The notes under the pieces were generated by a model. The model saw nothing but the letters and a program-made list of their open reading frames with translations. It made no database searches and was not told the origin of the DNA. A stretch of 64,000 nt of DNA from NCBI RefSeq assembly GCF_964355755.1, contig NC_092672.1, positions 36,462,437-36,526,436 on the forward strand, in the 5' to 3' direction. The translations under genes and the position numbers were made by a program. Position 1 is the stretch's first letter; each line of letters begins with the position of its first letter. Below are positions 1 through 29,700 of this stretch, piece by piece. Source of the DNA: Antedon mediterranea (lineage: Eukaryota > Animalia > Echinodermata).

Positions 1-669
1 TGAATAAAAAATAATGGAGTCATTTTCAATATGAAGTCTTTAATTTTATTATTGTATGTATACCCTAATTGTTTTGGTGTTTTACTGAAACTTGTTTTGA
101 AATGATATGGATATTATCATCAGTTTACTATCTAGGCTAGTAGTACTAGGCTAGCCTAGGCCTAGGCCTAGTCATAAAACGGTTCCGGACCAACTTTAGG
201 CCTGGTTAACTAGGCCTGGTGTCTTTACTATTTGGATTTTGGCGAAACATTGATATAAGATTTATGATTTATAAAATGTAATACATTTTTCGATAGTGAT
301 AACTTGTTTTTATAGGCCTATCGGTGCCGTGTAAGTAACTTTTTCGTTGTTTGTTGATCTCACCGGGCGATATTTTCATATTGTGATGTCTTGCACAAAA
401 TTGCGAATATCTCGACTTTCTTGCGCGAAACTACGAAAAACTCAAAAAGTGGGTTACTTTCATTTTACTATTACGATTTACATATTGTGATTTAAAAATC
501 GTTCTTGATACCATTGTAAAGCTAAAATCTTTATGATTATTTTAGTCTAAATTACATATAAATCAGATCACATACATGGTTTCAATCAGCTTTAATATAA
601 ACATCGAATTGGGCTAAAAACGCTGGCGGTGGCAGTTTCTAACTGGAAAAACCTCTGGCAGTCAAAGTG
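1..669. mobile_element. End of a piggyBac-like (TTAA) non-autonomous DNA transposon, cut by the window edge
   Basis: Ends ..CTGGCAGTCAAAGTG|TTAA. The other end is not visible. Confidence 0.4.
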
Positions 670-1693
670 TTAAAAGATACTTAATTTCCCTACAATTACT
701 AAAAATATCCACCCATTTCCTAAGGGTACAATATATACTGTACAGTGTACAGTACTTGAGACATTAAATGATGTCCAACCAGATACCTCTGTGATTGTGA
801 AGTAGGAAACATTGATAGGAAAGATAGAACTGTATGACCTACTGTATATTATATTGTCTGGGTAAAAAGTAAAGAGTAAAAGTATGATAGTACAGTATAT
901 TATCATAATTGAATTGTATTGATTAATATAGTTATATATTACATAGCCTATGTAAATACGCGAACGTGATTGGTTGAAACTGCATCACATGACTACCGCT
1001 GCGAGGATCGTAAATCGTATATATCCTCGAGAACGATGATATTGACCGTGTAATTTTCGCGTATTTTTCGTGTCCCCTGTCATTAAACATATAAATTCTC
1101 GAGTTCGATGATATTGACTGTGTAATTTTCGTGTGGCAACACTCGCGTTTGCTGATAAATAAACAAAAGTCATCTACTGGATCTTGAACTTGGGTGGAAT
1201 TGTCACTCCATCGCAAGACAACGCTTCAACCACTGCGCCACTGAACTTGCTTGAAGAAATTAATCTTCTAAACTATTTAAGCTATGCATACATAGCGCCC
1301 TCATTTGTTATTAGTCCACCCTAAATGTGATGAAACACCGTTTGTGATTGGTCAATACTCACGGTAATAACCTAGTAACTAGTACGCGCTGAACATCCGG
1401 TGATTCAGCTCCTCGAAGAGAAGAAGAAGACGAATTGTTTATTCGGCCTACCTGATTATAATATTATTATTAATAGGCTTATTGATGGAAATTCTTCTGT
1501 TAATTTAAACGACCTAGTAGGCCTAAGTGAATATTTTATTGCCAAGGAATCATTAATTAGTAATTATCTGTATATTATTCTTCGCAAGGTATAAGGTGTC
1601 TAGGCAGGCTTGTTTAAATACAATACAAATACTATAGGAGGCCTAGCCTAGCTTCACCCAACCCAGCAGACTTGTTCTTGGCTATATAATATA

Positions 1694-1847
1694 ACAGATA
1701 TTGCCTTTTATATCGGTTAAATATAAGATTTGACATCCCCTCGGGAATTATATTAAGTTCTCGGGAAATATATATTCCCTCGAACTTAATATCATTCCCT
1801 CGGGGATGTCAAATCTTATATTTAACCTCTAAGCAGTCAATATCTGT
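1694..1847. repeat. Near-perfect ~155-bp palindrome (hairpin MITE-like)
   Basis: ACAGATATTG..GGTTAAATATAAGATTTGACATCCCC..GGGGATGTCAAATCTTATATTTAACC..CAATATCTGT. Confidence 0.8.
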
Positions 1848-2221
1848 ATAATAATGTTAGATGTTGCATACAGTTACAATCAGTTTTAGTATTATTTTAA
1901 CGTTTTGTTTTATTGTCAAATCAATCAAATATGAACGAACTAAACAGCAAACATAATTGGTAGGGTCTTTAAACACTTGTATTTTCATCAATCCCCATAT
2001 GCTAATCTAGTTAAGCTCATCCTATTCCATATGGTACTAAATCCAATGCAATGACAAACAAAAATATTAACACAGAGTAAACTTGAATAAAAACAAAGTG
2101 GACATAGTAGGTTAATAAACAAATAATGAATGTTAAATGAATGAGCTGAATGATGAAAAGTTATATTTCAACGAAAAAGAAAAGATTTTGTTATTTGTAC
2201 TATCGAAAAAAAATTCAATAG

Positions 2222-2298
2222 TACATACTATTGCATGCCATGTGACCCACAATCATCTAATCAAATGACAGGAATTTATTTGTTATATAATATTAATA
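2222..2298 (+). repeat. Dispersed repeat; second copy at ~31670-31750
   Basis: Both share CATACTATTGCATGCCATGTGACCCACAATC.TC.AATCAAATGACAGGAA. Confidence 0.75.
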
Positions 2299-2641
2299 TC
2301 AGAATGCAATCATTGGCGGATCCAGGATTTTTAGATAGGATAGTACCTAGTTAGCACATGTATACAAATTGACATTGTTATATGAGGTGCCTCAGTCCTG
2401 TATGTTATAATAATGCTTTCTATTTGGGAGTCCCCCCATCTCTCGAGACAACCTACTGTAACATACTAACCATGTACCTCTCCCATTACTCCACTTTAAC
2501 GAGTTTGACTTTTACCCAAGAGAACAATGTAACGTTTTTGTGTAAAACTTATTGTATATAATAATTCTTAGAATTTGAGGTGAATTCATTTATTTTCCTC
2601 CTCCAATAACTCCAAGAATTAAAATGTTGGTAAGAAGCTAA

Positions 2642-2796
2642 AGCTCTGTCTGCACTATCAAAGTGATTTATGTGACAAAAAATGCACTGTACTCATTTAT
2701 AGACATAATGATGCCACTACCATATTTGGGCATATCACTACCATATTTTGGCACATCACACTTTTTTTTGTCAAAATAGTTTGTATAGACATAGCT
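2642..2796. mobile_element. PIF/Harbinger-type MITE family (~150-190 bp), first of about 22 copies
   Basis: TIRs AGCTCTGTCTACACTATCAAACT..AGTTTGATAGTGTAGACAGAGCT with TAA/TTA flanks. Copies start near 2642, 10890, 16119, 19352, 23786, 25855, 27344, 27911, 34418, 38278, 42837, 45033, 47069, 47943, 50688, 50918, 53959, 54409, 59043, 60001, 60727, 61380. Confidence 0.9.
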
Positions 2797-3296
2797 TTAT
2801 AATTTAATTTCATTCTGGTATAATTTGATAATCTTACTATATCATTGAATATCTGTTTTGATTATTGATTTTTCTGCGGTTATTCAACGAGTTGAGACCA
2901 TCCCACAAAATAATGCATTGTTGCCGCATATTTTCATTTCAAACAATTACATTGATTCTGTCATCCCTTTTCCCATAATAAACCAATCGGATGCAGTAAT
3001 TCTGATCAGGTGGTGGTGGCCTGGTTAGGGTCGCTCACCCATGGTGTTCACACAGGTACTGTATACTAATAATATTGTGATACCAACATTTTATGTTCGT
3101 AGTAGTAATTGATTTTGACAATTGATTAATTAATACCATTTTATTGTGGGTTTATTTTGATTAATTGGCTTTGTCAAAGATATCCTATGGTTTTTCTCAT
3201 TCAAAATGTCAACATTAATTTGATGTTATACTGTGCATGTTTTTATTTCATTGAAATTTGAAAGCATTGATTTTCTACTTACTGAATACTGAAAAG

Positions 3297-3645
3297 CTTT
3301 ATTTTTATTTTATTCAATCGAAACTAACAGCGATAATTACCGCCACTAACAGGTTTGATACAAACAAAGCTAGGACTGTTTAAAGCACCTTGATTGGTCC
3401 TGACATTGATCAAGGGCTTCTCTCGTCCAGTGCCCACCTTGACCAGAGGTCTGAGGCAGATACTAGATGCAGGGGCTGCCATAAGAGTCAGCAGTACTGA
3501 TTTCAAATGCCTAACGGGACCCCAGCTCCGTATACAGCACCCGCTATTCCCAGATGGTCTCCCATCCAAGCTCTAACCAGGCCCAACGTTGCTTAACTTC
3601 GGTGATTTGACGAGAACCGGTGTTTCAACGTGGTAAAGCCGTATC
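3297..3645 (-). mobile_element. Putative 5S-derived SINE (SINE3): 5S head, ~210-bp body, A-rich tail
   Basis: The 5S head runs directly into a GC-richer body and ends in GAATAAAATAAAAATAAAAG, inside an AT-rich CPD intron. Confidence 0.65.
3530..3645 (-). rRNA. 5S rRNA-like sequence; a solitary copy, probably the head of a SINE3 element
   Basis: Reverse complement GATACGGCTTTACCACGTTGAAACACCGGTTCTCGTCAAATCACCGAAGTTAAGCAACGTTGGGCCTGGTTAGAGCTTGGATGGGAGACCATCTGGGAATAGCGGGTGCTGTATAC. Internal A box, IE and C box are present, but no oligo-T terminator follows. Confidence 0.85.
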
Positions 3646-4689
3646 TCTCTTTATCTTTGCTTTGTCCATTATCATAATAAATTAATAGAAATTATTCCTA
3701 AAGATTGGAAAATATTAGTACGATAAAATACAGGCATATATAAGCAAAAAATTAAAATATAGTAACTCATTTCATCTTTTGCAGAAATGTGCTCATATTA
3801 ATGTATTGTATTAGAATTATGCGATTAAAAACTACATAATTAATATTATTTAATGTAAAAAACAGACAAAATGGATTTAAATAAAGTGGCATAATGCACG
3901 GGGATAAGGTCCATGCTATTGGTTATTGTTACTACAATTATTTTACAACGGTGTCTCTGATATATCTTATTTTTTAAACATTTAATAGAAAATATATTTT
4001 TATATAATTAAAATTATTATATAAATAAATAATAAATAAATATAAATAGGAATAAAAAATATCCATAAATTTCTTTATTATTTATATTATTTACTTTTTT
4101 ATCGTCATTTATAATGTTATTGTTAAATCTGTATGAATGTAACCATACATGTGTTAATCTTTAATCATATTATCAATCCACTTTAACAATACACTTAGGA
4201 CTACATCTGTTAAGCAAGCTGGCTTTTAAACTTTGATGCTTTTAAATTGCACCAGATGGTATTAAATTCTACAAGCTTTTAAAACACAAGTGTTAATATA
4301 AAGCATGCTACTTAAAATGCATGATTACTTTATTGTCCATGAAAAACAATACACGCCATACGATTATTAAACCAGAGTTTGTAAATCATGTGCTGTTGAG
4401 CAGGTGTATTGTACAGTGTATACTATTGCATAAGCTTGTTTTTTTATTAAAAACAAGCTCATTACAAAAGGAATACAATAATTCAATATAAAAAAATAAT
4501 CCAAATTAAAAAAAAATTTCTGATGTTATAATACAGTATATTATAGTGCTGTCAAATAATGTGTAACTTAGTGGGAGGATATAAACAAAAAAGATGTTGA
4601 ATAATTTAAATGATTGAATAAATAGAATTACATTTAAAGAAATCTTTTACAAATAATTGGGAGGGACAACAAAATAATAATAATTAATA

Positions 4690-4935
4690 TCCTGAATTTA
4701 TATAGCGCCTAATGTTGTGAAACCTCTAAATGCTGAACATTATTACCCCAGTCATTTTTTTGGATCAAAGATGTATGGAAACATACTCCCATAATACAGC
4801 TAGTAATCAGCGTTGTGTCTAGATCTAACCGGGTACCAATTTTATACACCTGCCTTGCGTAGGAGTCCAGCAATGCGACAAGAGTTGGATTCGAACCTTG
4901 ATCTCTTGTCAGTAGTCCAACTCAATGCGCCACAA
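4690..4935 (-). mobile_element. Degenerate tRNA-derived SINE
   Basis: B box GGTTCGAATCC on the minus strand, CORE-like GGTGTATAAAATTGGTACCCGG, and a tail GGCGCTATATAAA followed by a (TTA)n-like tract. Confidence 0.55.
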
Positions 4936-5039
4936 CCCGAAAAATGCATGGTGATACCAGTGAATTAATTTCACTCTTCCCTGGTCATACCCAAGTTTAT
5001 CAAATAATATATTTCTATTTTGTTTTTTTCGGTTTATAG

Positions 5040-23596
<18,557 letters not shown>

Positions 23597-23785
23597 CCAT
23601 AATATTTATATTCATAAAATAGAAAGATAGTTTTATAGTAATCAACAAAGGAAATTCAATATTCAAATTATATTTGGTTTTTTTATGATGGGTAAATGAA
23701 AGCAAATGTTGTACTCAGAATTCTTCTGTTTACAAACTCCTTGTTTGCCAGTGTTTGCAGAATGCTGTATTGCTGTAGACTGTAA

Positions 23786-24059
23786 AGCCCTATCTACACT
23801 ATCGAAGTTTATGTGCCCATATATGGACATGATGATGTCATATCACTACCATATTTTGGCATATCACACTTTTTTTGTCAAACTAGTTTGATAGTATAGA
23901 CAGAGCTTAGATGATGTCATATCACTACCATTTGGCATATCACACTTTTTTTGTCAAACTAGTTTGATAGTATAGACAGAGCTTAGATGATGTCATATCA
24001 CTACCATTTGGCATATCACACTTTTTTTGTCAAACTAGTTTGATAGTATAGACAGAGCT
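23786..24059. mobile_element. MITE copy in the CPD 3'UTR, followed by two extra 76-bp tandem copies of its right half
   Basis: GATGATGTCATATCACTACCAT..GATAGTATAGACAGAGCTTA occurs three times. Confidence 0.88.
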
Positions 24060-25205
24060 TAAGTACAACATTCATCAAACTGGCAAACTTGGAATTTGCA
24101 AATAATAGTCAGCTAGTGTAGACTAGGCTTAAATAATTATACTAAAATATCATGCAATGTAATGCTTACAAAAATAATGTATGTTTTTACAGTGAGCTAT
24201 TTGTATGATACGCCCCAATGCAAATGCCAAAAATTGCTGAAGTGCGAGATTGGTCATAATAAGATTATGAATATTTAGATTGGACAAAAGGTAGGACAAG
24301 TTTAGTGTGTACAGTACAGTACAGTACATCAAATCAGTGATTAGTTGAAATTGACAGATCGTAAAGCATTATTTTATACTTTATTAAATGTAGTAAGGAG
24401 CAAGGGCAGGTATGTAAATATTAACATGATTATGTTAGAATTTGAGAAATTGCATTTAAAGAACATTTTTTTGTGTTTAAATGTTGCATAGATAATAAGA
24501 TAATTTAGAGAGAAATATGATTTATATGATGTGTATTTTAATTACTGTTGGGTAATGATGGGTGTTTTTGATAATTTTTTATTAGTTAACAAATTTTACT
24601 TTTTTGATTACAAATAAGAACACTTTTTATTTCATATAGAAAGGTCTTTTTCTTTTATCCGTGTTTTATATTAATTTAAATAATCAGCAAAATCAATTTT
24701 GTAGAAATTACAACAATTCTTTTACTTTGATCTTCAAATTTTTGAAAGATAATTTATTTGAAAGATAATTTATTCATGAATTTTCTTGATGAACCAGTGA
24801 AATTAGATTTAAATAGAAGCGGGAAAAACCAAAGATGGTGAAAAAAGATGGATAAATGAAGGAAAATTATATCGAAGAAATAGTATTGCAGAATGGATTG
24901 AGAAACAGGAGGATGGGTTGATTCAAGGAGTATTGTTCTGTGACAAAGAACACCCTATCAGTCGGACATTTTTATAAAAAAAGTATGGCAGAAAGCAATG
25001 AGAAACAGGCGGATGATGGCCGATTCAAAGAGTGTTGTTCTGTGACAAAGAACACCCTATCAATTGGCGTTTTTATAGTATGCTAACAAGCGTAATAATG
25101 AAATATAATATTGCTGACTCTACAATCAAAAGTTTTTAAGATATGGACAATACTACATTGCAGCATCGTATTAACAAATAATTCTATTGAATGTGAATAA
25201 AAAAA

Positions 25206-25355
25206 AATATAATATATATAGTATGTATATTGCTATAGGCAATATAATATATATAGTATGTATATTGCTATAGGCAATATAATATATATACTGTAGTATG
25301 TATATTGCTATAGGCAATATAATATATATAGTATGTATATTGCTATAGGCAATAT
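25206..25355. repeat. ~35-bp tandem repeat x4
   Basis: ATATAATATATATAGTATGTATATTGCTATAGGCA. Confidence 0.9.
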
Positions 25356-26754
25356 AATTGCCATGTGCTTAATAGAATATAATGCAAATATATATTTAAT
25401 TCTTTGTACCTTTACTAATGTAAATATCTCTTTTGTAGTATGGGCATGGTTGTCGTCACATGGGAGTGGTTTGAACAAAATAATAATACAAAATGAAGTC
25501 AATCTGTGTTATTGTTTATGTGGAATTCAGATTTGTTAATATAAATACAACACAATTTTTCAATAAAACACAACTTTAGTCACTTTTTCTTTCCCAAAAA
25601 TATTACATATTTGTTTCTATAGTAAATTACAATCACACTATCAGTTATTTTCCCAGAATACTCACAACATACGCTATTGTGAATACTCACAACATACGTT
25701 ATTGTGAATACGTTATTTTCCCCGAATACTCACAACATAAATATTGTGTGTGCATATATACATTGTCCAATCTTTAGTTTGCTTGCGTAGTATGATACTG
25801 TTACAGTAGCCCAGTGCTAGATGTTAGATGAATTAAGAAACATCTCCAAACTTAACCTCTGTCTACACTATCAAACTTTATGTGACAAAAAAATGTGATA
25901 CGCCCATATATGGACATGATGATGTCATATCACTACGGCCACATCGACTTTTTTGTCAAACTAGTTTGATAGTGTCGACGTGACAGAGCTTTACTTGTTC
26001 ACAAAATAGTTTTCATGTTAGTAACATTTTGTTAATTACCCTGTACGGCAATTTGATCTTTTTTTGGAAAGGGGCTTAATTATTTAATAATTTAAAGCTT
26101 GCTGGCTGGGGCATCCCTTTTCCATTTATACTTGTTTTCCTTCATTTATTATTAGTATATTTATTATGTTACTTTGTATTTTGCTATATTATTTGTGAAA
26201 ATAATTAATAATAATTATTTAAAACTTTATTTATGCAAAGTGACCACAGTGTCAAACACTATCAGTAATATTTGCTTGCAGAGGAACAGACTGCCAAACA
26301 CATTTGATTTTGCAATGAAAACTGGCCTTATAATCAAAATATACTAATAATTATAATAAACTTATTTTGAAATATAATTAGTAACAATTAAATCAATTAG
26401 TTTCAATTGTACTTATGACTTGCCATAAGTCTATAAAGTTAAATTATATTGTTATCATTTGTGCATGTTTTTAGAATACAAATGTGTTAATGTTTTCATA
26501 TAGTACACAACTCGTATTTAATTGGGACATTAACCCAGGCTAGGTTCAATCACGCTTAAGTTCTGTCTAGGACCAAATATAACAACAAATAACACACATT
26601 TGGTATTTAGATTATGTTAGATTATTTATACCTTTTACTAAGTTATTTGCAGCCCTTATAAATGCCACCAAACCTCCAAGACGAGCATTTAAAATATTTT
26701 TGTCCATGAAAGCTGATGTTTAAACTAATTGCCATCATTTTACTCGTCTTTTAT

Positions 26755-29700
26755 CTAGGCAGTTTGCATTTCTGAAACACAGCCAGTATTTGATTTCTCG
26801 ATCGTTACATTGACATCATCGGGGTACCGCTTGAGGAGCTCACTGTTGGCTTGGTAGTGCGTGTTCTTAAATGCCGTGAAATGCTTGCCTACCTCAGAGT
26901 GGCTTACAACTTCTGGGTTTTCCTCAACCATTAGGCTCTCTGTAAGACAAAATTAAATGTTGAAATCTTTTCCCATTTCCCCCCCCCCCCCCATTCCCTC
27001 ATTTTCATTCATTTATTTTCATTTTTCATTTATCTTATTATTTCAGAATACTATGATTACATAACATATCAATAGAAAGAAATAATTGTACAGATAACAA
27101 AAACAAAATAATCTCCATCTGCTTGATTTGACCTTCACTGACCTTGAGCTGCGTAACGTTTAGACTGATCCGATACAAGCACATTGTAGAATGGCTGTTT
27201 GTCCTTATTTGGAAGCCTGTCCACCCCCATCTGAATCTTCCAACTGTCTGGCATATCACATTGTGAATCCCACCCATAGATTACACACAGGTAGTCATAT
27301 CTGTAATGGTAAACACAATACCATTGTATCAATATCTTCTTAAAGCTCTGTCTACACTATCAAATGTTATGTGACAACAAAATGTGATGTGCTATGGACA
27401 TGATGATGTTATATCACTGTCATATTTGGGCATATCACTACTATATTTAGGCACATCACACTGTCAAACTAGTTTGATAGTGTAGACAGAGCTTAATATG
27501 GTATCTATTGAATAGGGGTTGGCTGTAGTGTTAAAACATATTGCTCCTCAATTGTCTCAAAGTGTCCCCTGAATAAGTGTGTTCCAAAGAAAGGACTCTA
27601 CTGTAGTATATTACATGATCATGTTTGTTCTGTGAACAGATTGTCATTGATGGTATTTAAATTCTTTTGAAAGCACTTCAATGAATTACTATCCTACCTG
27701 CGATGTCTCATTATCATTCCAACCGAATACTCCACATCCTGGTTCTCAGCCCGTCTTTTAACCATAACCTCGTTCTTAAAAGCAAAATAAGAATTCTGTA
27801 ATTTCTAGTAAAAATATGTGACTTCATAGAGATATTAAATTATTATATTGAAATATGTATTTCTTGCCCACTGCTGGATATTTGAAATTCAAGAAAAATC
27901 TCCAACCTTAACCTCTGTCTACATTATTTTACTAACTTTCTGCAACAAAAAAATGTGATGTGCCCATATATGGGCATGATGATGTCATACCACTGCTGGA
28001 TAAATGGAATAAGCTAAGTCTGAGGACTTTTAGTGGTTCCATAATGGTTCCATGATGCTTTAGTAGTTCTATTGGTGGATATAAAGACTGTCTCACCTTA
28101 TTCTTATTTTCTTCCTCGTGTAGTAAGAGTTTCGCCTCGCACATTAAATACTTCACTAGATTTAACATATTGCGCCCAGTAGGTTCACATTTTGACAGGT
28201 AATTCAGTACCTATATGAAAACAAAAAGACTTTTTATCAAACAAAAGATTTCTCAAACAAAAGATTTCTCAAGTCGAATGAAAATTAGCAGTAATTAAAT
28301 TATGATAAATGATACATACCTCACTGATGTTCATACCAGATTGGAGATAGAATCTTCTCAACATGATGGCTGCATCCATGTCATCTGAACAAAGGAGGAG
28401 AAACAGCTCATACCCATCTAGCATCCTCCTATAAACAACAAATATTGTTAATTGTAAGCTACATACCTATTTGTATTGTTACTGATGTTTAAACTTTATG
28501 TATAGTTATACCCAGGTTAAGATTTATATGAATCCCTTGTTATACTGTATATGATATGATTAAATGTGGCTAGGTTTGATGGTATATGAAAACATGCTAT
28601 CAGTGGCATAACATAGAGACCTAGGCTCCTGGTTTAGGAACCTAAAGTGGCCCTCCAACGCTGGAGGCCTCCGGCATTTTTAGCTTTTTTTCCTTTGGGC
28701 AATGCTTGGGACCTCCATAAGCTTTGGGACCTTGGGTTTACCCAGTGAGCTCTCATAGCCCTTACACCACTACATGCTATGAGAATAAGATTACTAGTTT
28801 GTTATCTGAGTTTTCCCACTCTGCTCATAATACAGTAGACCCCTATTAAGGGGACACCTTCAGGACCCAACAAAGTGTCCCTATAATAGAGGTGTCCTCT
28901 CTGAGTAGGGGTTACAGCATTTTGCCATTCTTTTATTTCACAAGAAAATGTCCCCTTAATAGGAGTGTTGCTATAGAAAAGTTTTACTATATACTGTATG
29001 GTATGAACATATTTTCATTTTGTGGCAAATAATCATAGTTAATCGTTAAGGACAATAAAGCCTGTCCCCAATGGTCAAAATAATACGTACACATCATCAA
29101 GGTGCGACGTAATCCTCATAAGATTTGCCACCATCCTCACGTACACCGCCCTCTTTGAGCACGAACGGAAGTATTCATTGCCGTGTCTTCCCATCATTGG
29201 AGACAAAGAAAAACACTCAGCATTAGTTAACCTCTTGCCACTGTGAAACACATCTATGTACTTGTACTTCTTAGGGTTGTTCTCTTGCCTTTAATAAAAC
29301 ACCTCTTTTGTATTACAGTGACATCAAACTATTCAACTATACTATGTATTTATTGTCACCTTCTTGTCTATCACGCTCTAAATAAATTCTTTAAGCTGAG
29401 CCGAACTGGTAGACTGATCACTCTTAAAATCAAAACACTAAACGTTGCCGTCAATCATTTGTTTATAATTCTATTCAGGTATTTAACAGCAAGATCGTAA
29501 TATCTCTGTAATTTATTGGTTTTTTGTTTTTCTTTATATATTTATATATTTATATCAAATGTAAATTAACCAACCAAATTTCATTTGTACCTGGTTGTGG
29601 AAATGACAATAAATACTATTGTATCGTATCGGTCACAAATTAGAAAACTCACATGGGTTGCACGTCCAAACGAAGAAGAAAGTGGTTTGGGAAATTAACT

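Noticed and set aside
3324-3576. Overlapping 81-aa and 60-aa ORFs
   Set aside because: They overlap the 5S-derived element and have no recognisable domain.
27143-27774. Bacterial-like YccV/HspQ domain as horizontal transfer
   Set aside because: It is the normal C-terminal domain of animal FBXO21 and is split by spliceosomal introns.
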